Shown piece by piece: positions 24,758-32,000 of a stretch of 32,000 nt of DNA (position 1 is its first letter; each line of letters begins with the position of its first letter). The notes under the pieces were generated by a model. The model ran no database searches, had not been told where the DNA came from, and saw only the letters and a program-made list of their open reading frames with translations. The position numbers and the translations under genes are program-made. Source of the DNA: Nostoc sp. PCC 7120 = FACHB-418 (GTDB lineage Bacteria; Cyanobacteriota; Cyanobacteriia; Cyanobacteriales; Nostocaceae); NCBI RefSeq assembly GCF_000009705.1, contig NC_003272.1, positions 6,000,001-6,032,000 of the forward strand. Reading direction: 5' to 3'.

Positions 24758-26134
24758 TTAAATCAATCCTTCCATAGCTTGTTGTAGATTATTTGTCAAA
24801 TCAGCAACAGCTTGTCTTGCACCTAAACGACTCTCTTTATACTTAGGATACAATTCCGATACAGATAGCGGTTCACCAATAGTAATCTTGACTTTTTGCT
24901 TGCCTAATTTGGGACGATTAAAAGATTTTGTACCTTGGATTTTTGCTAACATCTGCCAAACAATTAACAGTGTCTCAGCGAACCTTTCTACTGTTGGTTT
25001 TTCCCGGATATAATTACCCGAAACAGCTACAAAACTTTCAACTAATCTCATGTGCCACATTCTAGCATTGGCTTCTTCTGCAACTCTATCGCCTAATGCC
25101 CGTTCAACGGCAGATAATCCTTTAATATCTTTGTAATCTTCCCTAAATATATAATTCCATCCCGCTTGTTCTACCCGACGACAACGATCGCTTAATTGTC
25201 CCTTTGGTTGTAAATTAAAATACTGCTCGGCTATTTCTAGTGAAGCATTTAACAAGGCTTGTAAGCGTAATTTCAAGGCTTCATTACGATTATCGCTCAA
25301 CCCTTCCGTTACTGGAGACAACTTGAGATGATAAAACCGCGTGTAAAACTGTTCCATTAAAGACAGCAGATGTTCCGCCAAAGTCAACAGACGCGGGTAA
25401 AGAAACTCTAAATCAGGAACTTGGGTTTTAGTGCTTGTATCTACAGGTAAACCACTAGCCACAGCCAACTCATCCAAAAGCTGGGCGATCGCTTGCCAAG
25501 GTGCATCAACGTAACTATATTTAATCCCAACTGGTAAAATTAAAACCTGCTCTGTACGTCCGGCTTTGTGCAAATCTTCAGCACACCAAAAACCCATTTG
25601 GGCAATACCTGGTTCTAATGGGCTGATCATCTCCGATAAACCATTAGTAGCACCTTCTGGAGCAGCAGCCATCGGAAATTTGCCATTGGCGAACAAATCC
25701 CGCGCCGAACGTAACCCTGTCCAGTCAGCCTTACCTCTTTGTATGGGAGTCCCACCCAATTGAGAAGCAAGCCAACCAACATAGTCCCCAGCCCAGAGAG
25801 GAATGCCGCGATCGTAGATAAAATGAGCATGAATGGGAGACTGTAGTGCTATACCCTGCTCTCGTGCTACCCTTGGCACGAGCTTTGAAAGCAAATAAAC
25901 CAAAGAAAATGGATCTTCCGTTTGTGGATGGCGAAACGCCAATAAAAAGCGAATTCTCCCCCCTTGAAACTCGCGGTAGAGATTTGCTAAAACCTCAGCA
26001 TTGTCTGCTTCAATTTGGTTAATGGCTGTTTGAGAGCGAATCCAAGTTGGTAGGAACAGGTGAACAAATCGCAGAAGTAAGGGGTTAAAGGCTGGGGGGA
26101 TAAATTCTAGAGGTGGTTGTGCTTGGTAAATCAT
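24758..26134 (-). CDS. PlsC/GPAT-superfamily acyltransferase with a long C-terminal extension
   Basis: 458 aa. HX4D catalytic motif FRHPQTED, later PEGATN-like block (AAAPEGATNG), then about 200 further residues predicted helical. Confidence 0.7.
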   Translation of the reverse strand: MIYQAQPPLEFIPPAFNPLLLRFVHLFLPTWIRSQTAINQIEADNAEVLANLYREFQGGRIRFLLAFRHPQTEDPFSLVYLLSKLVPRVAREQGIALQSPIHAHFIYDRGIPLWAGDYVGWLASQLGGTPIQRGKADWTGLRSARDLFANGKFPMAAAPEGATNGLSEMISPLEPGIAQMGFWCAEDLHKAGRTEQVLILPVGIKYSYVDAPWQAIAQLLDELAVASGLPVDTSTKTQVPDLEFLYPRLLTLAEHLLSLMEQFYTRFYHLKLSPVTEGLSDNRNEALKLRLQALLNASLEIAEQYFNLQPKGQLSDRCRRVEQAGWNYIFREDYKDIKGLSAVERALGDRVAEEANARMWHMRLVESFVAVSGNYIREKPTVERFAETLLIVWQMLAKIQGTKSFNRPKLGKQKVKITIGEPLSVSELYPKYKESRLGARQAVADLTNNLQQAMEGLI

Positions 26135-26190
26135 GGGGATTGGGGATTGGGGACTGGAGACTGGGGATTGGGGATTGGGGATTGGGATTG
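26135..26190. repeat. STRR1-type heptamer array (GGGGATT), G-quadruplex-competent
   Basis: ggggatt x2, ggggact, ggagact, ggggatt x3, gggattg. It starts on the base next to the acyltransferase start codon. Six GGGG runs have 3-nt spacers. Confidence 0.92.
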
Positions 26191-26204
26191 AATCTAAAAT
26201 TCTT

Positions 26205-26243
26205 ACCCTTACACCCCTACACCCCCATACCCCTACACCCTTA
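26205..26243. repeat. C-run repeat (cccctaca-like)
   Basis: ccc ttaca cccc taca ccccc ata cccc taca ccc. A related block occurs at 28806-28845. Confidence 0.85.
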
Positions 26244-26348
26244 TTAGGAATAACCTATATTTTGTAATTCATAGTTCATGTTCGATATTTCGTAATTGAG
26301 TTGATACAGAAGTTAGTGATTTTGCAATTAGGAGTCAAGGAATAAACG

Positions 26349-28163
26349 ATGCGACTGTCACAAATGTTATTCGTTACACTGCGGGATGATCCGTCTGATG
26401 CGGAGATTCCTAGCCATAAGTTGTTACTACGTGCAGGGTATATTCGTCGCATCGGTAGCGGTATTTATGCTTATCTCCCCCTGATGTGGCGGGTGCTGCA
26501 AAAGGTTTCTCAAATTGTGCGAGAAGAAATGAACGCTACAGGCGCACAAGAATGTTTGTTACCTCAGTTACAACCTTCGGAGTTGTGGAAGGAGTCGGGA
26601 CGCTGGGATACTTACACTAAAGCCGAGGGAATTATGTTTTCCCTAATTGACCGCCGGGAGCAACAATTAGGGTTAGGGCCGACTCATGAGGAAGTAATTA
26701 CAGCGATCGCTCGTGATATGATTCGCTCTTACCGTCAGTTACCCCTACATCTATATCAATTGCAAACCAAGTTCCGCGATGAAATTCGTCCCCGGTTTGG
26801 GTTGATGCGCGGACGAGAATTTATCATGAAGGACGGCTATTCTTTCCACGTCGATGAAGACAGCCTGAAAAAAACCTACCAAGATATGTACCAAGCCTAC
26901 AGCAATATGCTACGGCGCGCTGGTTTAGCGTTTCGTCCTGTAGAAGCTGATTCCGGTGCAATTGGTGGCTCTGGTTCTACAGAATTTATGGTGTTGGCGG
27001 AAGCTGGGGAAGACGAAGTTCTCTACACCGATGACGGGAAATACGCGGCTAACGTAGAAAAGGCTGTTTCTCTACCTGCGGATGCAGAACCATCACAATT
27101 TACAACTTTTGAAAAGCGGGAAACACCAGGAACAGAAACTATTGAAAAAGTTACTCAATTTCTCAAAGCTTCTCCCACCCAGATAGTGAAAAATGTTCTC
27201 TACCAAACCGCTTATGACAATGGTGTAACAGTTTTGGTACTGGTAATTATTCGTGGTGATCAAGAAGTTAACGAAGTTAAGTTACAGAACGAATTGACAA
27301 AATTAGCTGCTAATTATGGTGCAAAGGCAATTATTTCTTTAACCGTTCCCAGTGCAGAAAACCAACAAACATGGACAGCAAAACCTTTACCTTTGGGCTA
27401 TATTGCACCGAATATTGCTGATGAGTATATTGCTGCTAACAAACAAATTCATCCCAAATTTGTCCGGTTTGTTGATAAAACAGTCGTTGATTTAAAAAAC
27501 TTCATCACTGGTGCAAATGAAGCTGGCTGTCACGTTGTGGGTGCGAATTGGGGCGAACAATTTCCTCTCCCAGAAATTGTTGTAGATGTGCGAAAAGCCA
27601 GACCAGGCGATCGCGCTGTTCACGATTCAACACAACTTTTAAAAAGTGCCAGAGGAATAGAAGTCGGTCACATCTTCCAACTAGGTACTAAATATTCTCA
27701 AGCTTTAGGTGCAACCTACACCAATGAGCAGGGTGAAGAAAAACCTCTAGTTATGGGTTGTTACGGTGTGGGTGTATCGCGGTTAGCCCAATCAGCCGTA
27801 GAACAATCTTATGATAAAGATGGCATTATCTGGCCAGTGGCGATCGCTCCTTATCATGCAATTGTGACAATTCCTAACATTAACGATGCTCAACAGGTAG
27901 AAATTGCGGAAAAGCTTTACACTGAACTGAATCAATCAGGGGTAGAAACTTTATTAGATGACCGTAATGAAAGAGCCGGAGTCAAATTCAAAGATGCTGA
28001 TCTAATCGGTATTCCTTACAGAATTGTTACCGGACGAGCAATTACTAACGGTAAAGTTGAAATTGTAGAAAGAGCAACTCGTCAATCTCAAGAAATCCCC
28101 ATTGATGAAGTTATTACCACACTCCAGCAATGGATTAGAGCCGCAATAGAGCAGAAAAATTAA
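26349..28163 (+). CDS. proS: proline--tRNA ligase (bacterial type with editing insertion domain)
   Basis: 604 aa. [34 protein letters not shown], class II motifs ([21 protein letters not shown]; GCYGVGVSR), and an INS domain in the middle. Confidence 0.97.
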
Positions 28164-28270
28164 ATTACGAGGAATGCAGAGTAATAAATCCTCTCATTTC
28201 CTCTGTATTTCTCATTTAATTGCTAAGAAGTTAAAGAAATCATAACATTTACAGATTTACATAATTTGAT

Positions 28271-28361
28271 AGGTGACGAATTCCAAGCACCAATTCTAAA
28301 ATGAATAATAAATAAGAATTTAGAATCCAGAATTCAAAAAACAGGTTGATTCGTATCACCT
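28271..28361. repeat. nested imperfect inverted repeat (MITE-like or structured RNA)
   Basis: Outer arms aggtgacgaat / attcgtatcacct. Inner arms attctaaa / tttagaat around an AT-rich loop. GAATTC is present in both arms. Confidence 0.6.
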
Positions 28362-28427
28362 GATTCTAGACAATAAATATATAATTTAGTAAAGGTGTGA
28401 AACCACATAATATTTATTGCGCTTCGC

Positions 28428-28536
28428 GTGTCAGTTGTCAGTTGTTGAAAGGATCTGGTCTCATACCCCAACCCGCAAGTGGAGTGGTTTTACATATCTT
28501 TGCCACTCACTACTGACCACTCACCACTGACAAAAC
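28428..28536. repeat. opposed heptamer arrays flanking a 55-nt unique core
   Basis: gtgtcagttgtcagttgttg (28428-28447) versus ccactcactactgaccactcaccactgacaaaac (28503-28536); tgtcagt/actgaca are complementary. Confidence 0.6.
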
Positions 28537-28805
28537 TCTATCCCCTTGTAGGTGGAGTTTTTATCCATCAATTATTACAGAAGTCATATTTCAGAATGAC
28601 TTTTGAAGTCCCAACTGAGAAAGTGCAGCACTTGAATCTACAGAGTTATCTTTCAGGTTTTTGGAAACTCTACATTTGTCAGTATCGTCCTTAACCAGGC
28701 TGCTCTTCACAACAAGACTATCTTTAGGAATTACCCATGAGAAGCAAAACCTATGGTTTGGGCAAAGGGTATAGAAATTTAGGGATATAGGGCTATAGGT
28801 TTCAA

Positions 28806-28845
28806 AACCCTTACACCCTCACCCCCTCACACTCTTACACCCCCA
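28806..28845. repeat. C-run repeat related to 26205-26243
   Basis: aaccc ttaca ccc tca ccccc tcacactcttaca ccccc, about 60 nt upstream of the GerMN gene. Confidence 0.75.
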
Positions 28846-28906
28846 ACTCCAAAAAATCATCTCTGTGTAAGTCCTGTTTCAGCCCCCAGTCAGGAAGGTT
28901 TTAAAT

Positions 28907-29521
28907 ATGAATAACCAACAAGGATCTAACCGTATATCTTCAGGTGTTATTGCAGCAGTCTCAGCAGCAGTTGTAACGGTCGCTGGCGGTGTAGCTTGGA
29001 TAACTGCCAACTCCAATAATAATCCCACGCCATCAAACCCTTCTCAACGTGTCCAGGAACCAGGACAGCCTACGACCAGACAGCCAGGTAATGAGCAAAC
29101 TCCTAGCGTCTATTGGCTCAAACCAAAAGGCGATAGCGTAGATTTAGTTCCCCAAAGGGTGAGAGTAGCTGCTGCACAGCCAAATCAAGTTTTAGAAAAA
29201 GCTTTCCAAAATTTATTAGCAGGGCCGACAGAAGGAACAGATTCCACCACTATCCCCAAAGGAACTAAATTATTAGGGCTAAAGGTAGAAAATAACGATG
29301 AGGTACACGTTAATTTATCTGAAGATTTCACCAGTGGCGGCGGTAGTACCTCAATGATGGGTCGCGTTGGTCAAGTAGTCTATACTGCCACAAGTTTAAA
29401 CCCCAATGCCAAAGTGTACATTGAGGTAAATGGTAAACCATTGGAAGTTTTAGGCGGTGAAGGCGTAGTCTTAGATCAGCCCCTAACCCGTGACAGCTTT
29501 AAGAAAGATTATCCACTTTAG
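28907..29521 (+). CDS. GerMN-domain protein with N-terminal membrane anchor
   Basis: 204 aa. TM/signal anchor (VIAAVSAAVVTVAGGVAWI), Pro/Gln-rich linker, and a GerMN-like domain (VLEKAFQNLLAGPTEG..., VHVNLSEDF, QVVYTATSL). Confidence 0.75.
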   Translation: MNNQQGSNRISSGVIAAVSAAVVTVAGGVAWITANSNNNPTPSNPSQRVQEPGQPTTRQPGNEQTPSVYWLKPKGDSVDLVPQRVRVAAAQPNQVLEKAFQNLLAGPTEGTDSTTIPKGTKLLGLKVENNDEVHVNLSEDFTSGGGSTSMMGRVGQVVYTATSLNPNAKVYIEVNGKPLEVLGGEGVVLDQPLTRDSFKKDYPL

Positions 29522-29530
29522 GCAAAGGTC

Positions 29531-29581
29531 GACAGTCAATAGTCAACAGTTTCGGACTAATGACTAATGACTAATGACTAA
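29531..29581. repeat. opposed heptamer arrays between convergent GerMN and arsR-like genes
   Basis: gacagtcaatagtcaacagt faces (actaatg)x3 acta. The arms are partly complementary (gtcaNtagtca), and the array runs into the ArsR-family stop codon. Confidence 0.85.
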
Positions 29582-29922
29582 TTTTTATTTAGCACCCTAA
29601 AACTGCGGGCTTGCTGTTCTAACCTTGTAGCAAGGCGATCGCAAACCCGATTACATAACTCAAAAATCATTTCGTCTTCTACCCGGTAGTAAGCACTAGT
29701 TCCTTCACTACGACGGCTCAGGATTCCGGCTTGCCACATTACTTTTAGGTGTTTAGACACATTGGCCTGCGAAGTCTGGGTTGCGTCTACCAATTCCTGT
29801 ACACACTTTTCTTCATCCCGTAGTAAATGCAACAGCCGCAGACGCATCGGCTCACTTAACAGGCTGAAGTATTCGGCTACTTGTTGCACCACTTCTTGAG
29901 ATACAGGCAACGCTTGTTTCAT
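29578..29922 (-). CDS. ArsR/SmtB-family transcriptional regulator
   Basis: 114 aa. Winged-helix core LSEPMRLRLLHLLRDEEKCVQELVDATQTSQANVSKHLKVMWQAGILSRRSEGTSAYYRV. The CxC metal site of SmtB/ArsR sensors is not evident. Confidence 0.85.
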   Translation of the reverse strand: MKQALPVSQEVVQQVAEYFSLLSEPMRLRLLHLLRDEEKCVQELVDATQTSQANVSKHLKVMWQAGILSRRSEGTSAYYRVEDEMIFELCNRVCDRLATRLEQQARSFRVLNKN

Positions 29923-30001
29923 CAGGGTTGATCCGCAGGACTGACAACTTTACCAATGACTCACTGCTAGTAATTTAAGTTGCTAGCTATCAATTTAAGA
30001 A

Positions 30002-30076
30002 CTGGTAATGGGTGATGGGTAATGAGTAAAATTTTTCTCAATTACCAATTAGCAATCACCAGTTACCAATTACCAA
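30002..30076. repeat. inverted heptamer arrays downstream of accB
   Basis: ctggtaatgggtgatgggtaatgagtaa ... aattaccaattagcaatcaccagttaccaattaccaa; GGTAATG / AATTACC-type units in opposite orientation around atttttctc. Confidence 0.85.
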
Positions 30077-30126
30077 ACATAACTAGCAACTTGAGTTAGT
30101 AATGACTCACCTATATACATTAATAC

Positions 30127-30675
30127 TTAATCTGGTTTAATTCTCATCAAAGGTTGATTATATTCTACAGGTTCGCCGTTTTGGACGAGAATTTCGATCA
30201 CTTGCCCAGAAACATCAGCCTCAATTTCATTCATCAGCTTCATTGCTTCGATGATGCAGACGGTTTGACCTTGACGGATGCGATCGCCGACTTCCACAAA
30301 TACCGCTTCACCTGGTGCAGGAGCGCGGTAAAATGTTCCCACCATTGGGGAAGCCACTTCTGCTAATTTTTGGTCAATGATTTTTGCTCCTGGCTGTGAG
30401 CCAGAACTCGTGACAGCATGATCAGCAGCACGGCTTGTTCCCGGCTCTGGAGATGGAGATGGGGCAGCATGGGCTACAATCGGTATAGCCGATGGCAATC
30501 CCGAACCTACCACACCACTCAAGGGTGCTGTCACAACCGGCACAACACTATTATTCACACCAACAGCTTTACGCACCGTTAGTTCAAAATCATCACTTTT
30601 GAGCGTTACTTCCGCGATATCTGTTTGTGCAATAGTTGTCAGCAGTTGACGGATTTCATTAAAGTCCAATGGCAC
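30127..30675 (-). CDS. accB: acetyl-CoA carboxylase biotin carboxyl carrier protein
   Basis: A GTG start at 30675 gives MPLDFNEIRQLL..., the usual BCCP N-terminus (182 aa). Ala/Pro/Ser linker. Biotinylation motif CIIEAMKLMNEIEA. The track's upstream extension has no homology signal. Confidence 0.9.
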   Translation of the reverse strand: MPLDFNEIRQLLTTIAQTDIAEVTLKSDDFELTVRKAVGVNNSVVPVVTAPLSGVVGSGLPSAIPIVAHAAPSPSPEPGTSRAADHAVTSSGSQPGAKIIDQKLAEVASPMVGTFYRAPAPGEAVFVEVGDRIRQGQTVCIIEAMKLMNEIEADVSGQVIEILVQNGEPVEYNQPLMRIKPD

Positions 30676-30777
30676 AGTTTTTATTACCTCGACCAGTCCG
30701 TAAATAAAGAATTTTTCATACCAACTCTCCAAAATCCATCTACCATTGAGACTCAGAAACCTTAAGGGAATCCAGTT

Positions 30778-30830
30778 TTTTGAATTTTGAATTTTGAATT
30801 GGCCTAAGTGTGGCAGGGATTTAATCCCTG
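30778..30830. repeat. (TTTTGAA)x3 heptamers plus a 7-bp hairpin in the efp-accB spacer
   Basis: ttttgaa x3 at 30778-30798; cagggat-tta-atccctg at 30814-30830. Confidence 0.8.
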
Positions 30831-30874
30831 AAATAGGGATTGAAATCGGGATTTGTTCTCGGATGAGATAAAAC

Positions 30875-31432
30875 CTATTCCCTGCCTAAGTATTTATCAT
30901 CACGGGTATCAATTTTAATTCGCTCTCCTTGAGAAATAAACAAAGGAACCATCACAGTTGCACCAGTTTCGACAATTGCTGGTTTCGTGCCACCTGTAGC
31001 CGTGTCACCCTTGACACCTGGATCAGTTTGTATAACTTCCAAGACTACAGAATTAGCCAGTTCCACCTCTAGCACTTGCTCACCCCAACGAATGACGTTC
31101 ACTTCCATACCTTCCTTGAGGTATTTGACGCGATCGCCAATTTGTGCGGCGCTGAGTCGTCCTTCTTCATAGCTTTCCATATCCATAAAGACGAACTCAT
31201 CGCCCTCTTTATAGGTATGCTGCATTGTAATTTTTTCTAAAGTAGCTTGTGGAACAGTTTCCCCAGCCCGGAAGGTTTTTTCTAAAACTTTGCCGCTTTG
31301 GACGTTCTTCAGAGTTGTCCGTACAAAGGCAGAACCCTTACCTGGCTTAACGTGAAGGAAATCTATCACTCGCCATACAGACCCATCTAAGACAATGGAT
31401 ACACCAGGTCGAAAATCGTTACTAGAAATCAT
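30875..31432 (-). CDS. efp: elongation factor P
   Basis: The start at the internal ATG (31432) gives [13 protein letters not shown]... (185 aa). Contains the [11 protein letters not shown] loop with the modified Lys, and the C-terminal OB domains. Confidence 0.95.
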   Translation of the reverse strand: MISSNDFRPGVSIVLDGSVWRVIDFLHVKPGKGSAFVRTTLKNVQSGKVLEKTFRAGETVPQATLEKITMQHTYKEGDEFVFMDMESYEEGRLSAAQIGDRVKYLKEGMEVNVIRWGEQVLEVELANSVVLEVIQTDPGVKGDTATGGTKPAIVETGATVMVPLFISQGERIKIDTRDDKYLGRE

Positions 31433-31500
31433 GAAGCTTTCAAGTGTTGGAAGACAATCGGCATTTATTGTACCCTTCAAGGGTCTTAATTAGGTAATTA

Positions 31501-31545
31501 GTCAGTCGTCAGTTGATTAGTTGTCATTAGTCCCCAATCCCGAAA
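31501..31545. repeat. mixed heptamer (STRR) block in the efp / PPIase divergent spacer
   Basis: gtcagtc gtcagtt gattagtt gtcatta gt ccccaat ccc. Confidence 0.75.
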
Positions 31546-31626
31546 TACTACTCATGACTCGTACTGTGGGAAGATGATTGATGGGTTACGCCTAGTCAAC
31601 AATTTGATGCTGCATTGAGCTATTCC

Positions 31627-32000
31627 ATGTTGAATTTATTAAAATCCTGGCTGAAAAACAGCCTCATGGCAATACTGTTAGTAACAATATTTTTAGGCAT
31701 AAATACAGCTGGCTGGACTCCTTCCAGTAACGCCGCCTTGCCATCTGGAAATGCGATTACTGACGGTAGAGCTTTATTGCGGTATGCACTCCCAATAAAT
31801 AATAAGCCAGTACGCGAACTGCAAGCCAGTTTGGAAGATATTTCTGCCCAACTGCGTGCAAATCGCCGATGGGGCGCTGTCTCCAAAGACCTGAGTAAAG
31901 CATCCCGCATTCTTGATAAACCTTCACAAATCCTAACAAGCGTTCCGGAAGAACGCCAAACTCAAGCTGAAACTTGGATTAATGAATTAAAAACTGGTGT
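31627..32000 (+). CDS. 5' part of a thylakoid-lumen CYP38/TLP40-like peptidyl-prolyl isomerase; continues past the window
   Basis: [24 protein letters not shown]... then [28 protein letters not shown]. This closely parallels the [24 protein letters not shown] block I recall from plant CYP38. There is no stop before the window end, so it is absent from the ORF track. Confidence 0.75.
   Translation, partial: [124 protein letters not shown]

Noticed and set aside
23768-26000. ORFs 23768-24040 (-), 25566-25763 (+) and 25627-25830 (-)
   Set aside because: They overlap ndhD or the acyltransferase in alternative frames and have no motifs or RBS.
28479-28694. 71-aa ORF in the proS-GerMN spacer
   Set aside because: It starts at GTG within heptamer repeats. 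The sequence (PLTTDHSPLT...) is translated repeat DNA, and there is no RBS. The region is more plausibly non-coding RNA or repeat.
30154-31939. ORFs 30154-30366 (+), 30987-31172 (+), 31620-31910 (-) and 31757-31939 (-), plus the N-terminal extensions of accB and efp in the track
   Set aside because: The first two are antisense to accB and efp. The last two are antisense to the plus-strand CYP38-like PPIase ORF, which is open to the window end. The accB and efp extensions precede the conserved N-termini MPLDFNEIR (GTG at 30675) and [10 protein letters not shown] (ATG at 31432).

Overview
This 32-kb segment reads as core chromosome of a filamentous, heterocyst-forming (Nostoc/Anabaena-type) cyanobacterium. 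Three things support that. GCGATCGC (HIP1) palindromes occur about once per kb. Most intergenic spacers are filled with tandem heptamer (STRR-type) arrays. The gene content is cyanobacterial housekeeping: ATP synthase beta/epsilon, NdhD, ProS, EF-P, BCCP, PBP2 and a lumenal CYP38-like PPIase. From memory, the order tonB ... atpC-atpD ... potA-potD-potB, PBP2, exbB-exbD, ndhD resembles the all5036-alr5050 neighbourhood of Anabaena sp. PCC 7120; I cannot verify this without a search. I call 30 intact or edge-truncated CDS plus one gene remnant. I found no rRNA, tRNA, CRISPR array, transposase, integrase, phage gene or obvious defence island. The window is therefore mostly ordinary. The best candidate for an uncharacterised system is the four-gene membrane module DUF4129 / DUF4350 / MoxR AAA+ / DUF58 (2371-6830). 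Its moxR gene is bracketed by a perfect 35-bp inverted repeat and is separated from the two upstream genes by a 396-bp non-coding gap. Other points worth a second look: a TonB protein with a 152-residue Arg-rich tail after its C-terminal domain; heptamer repeats that form the start/stop junctions of the pot genes; an AT-rich, gene-poor stretch (12722-14293) with a Nif11-like small ORF and a pentapeptide-repeat remnant; G-quadruplex-type arrays that fill a divergent promoter region; and several candidate operators (Fur-like, NtcA-like, and a palindrome upstream of ndhD). All functional calls come from motif recognition by eye, not from database searches.
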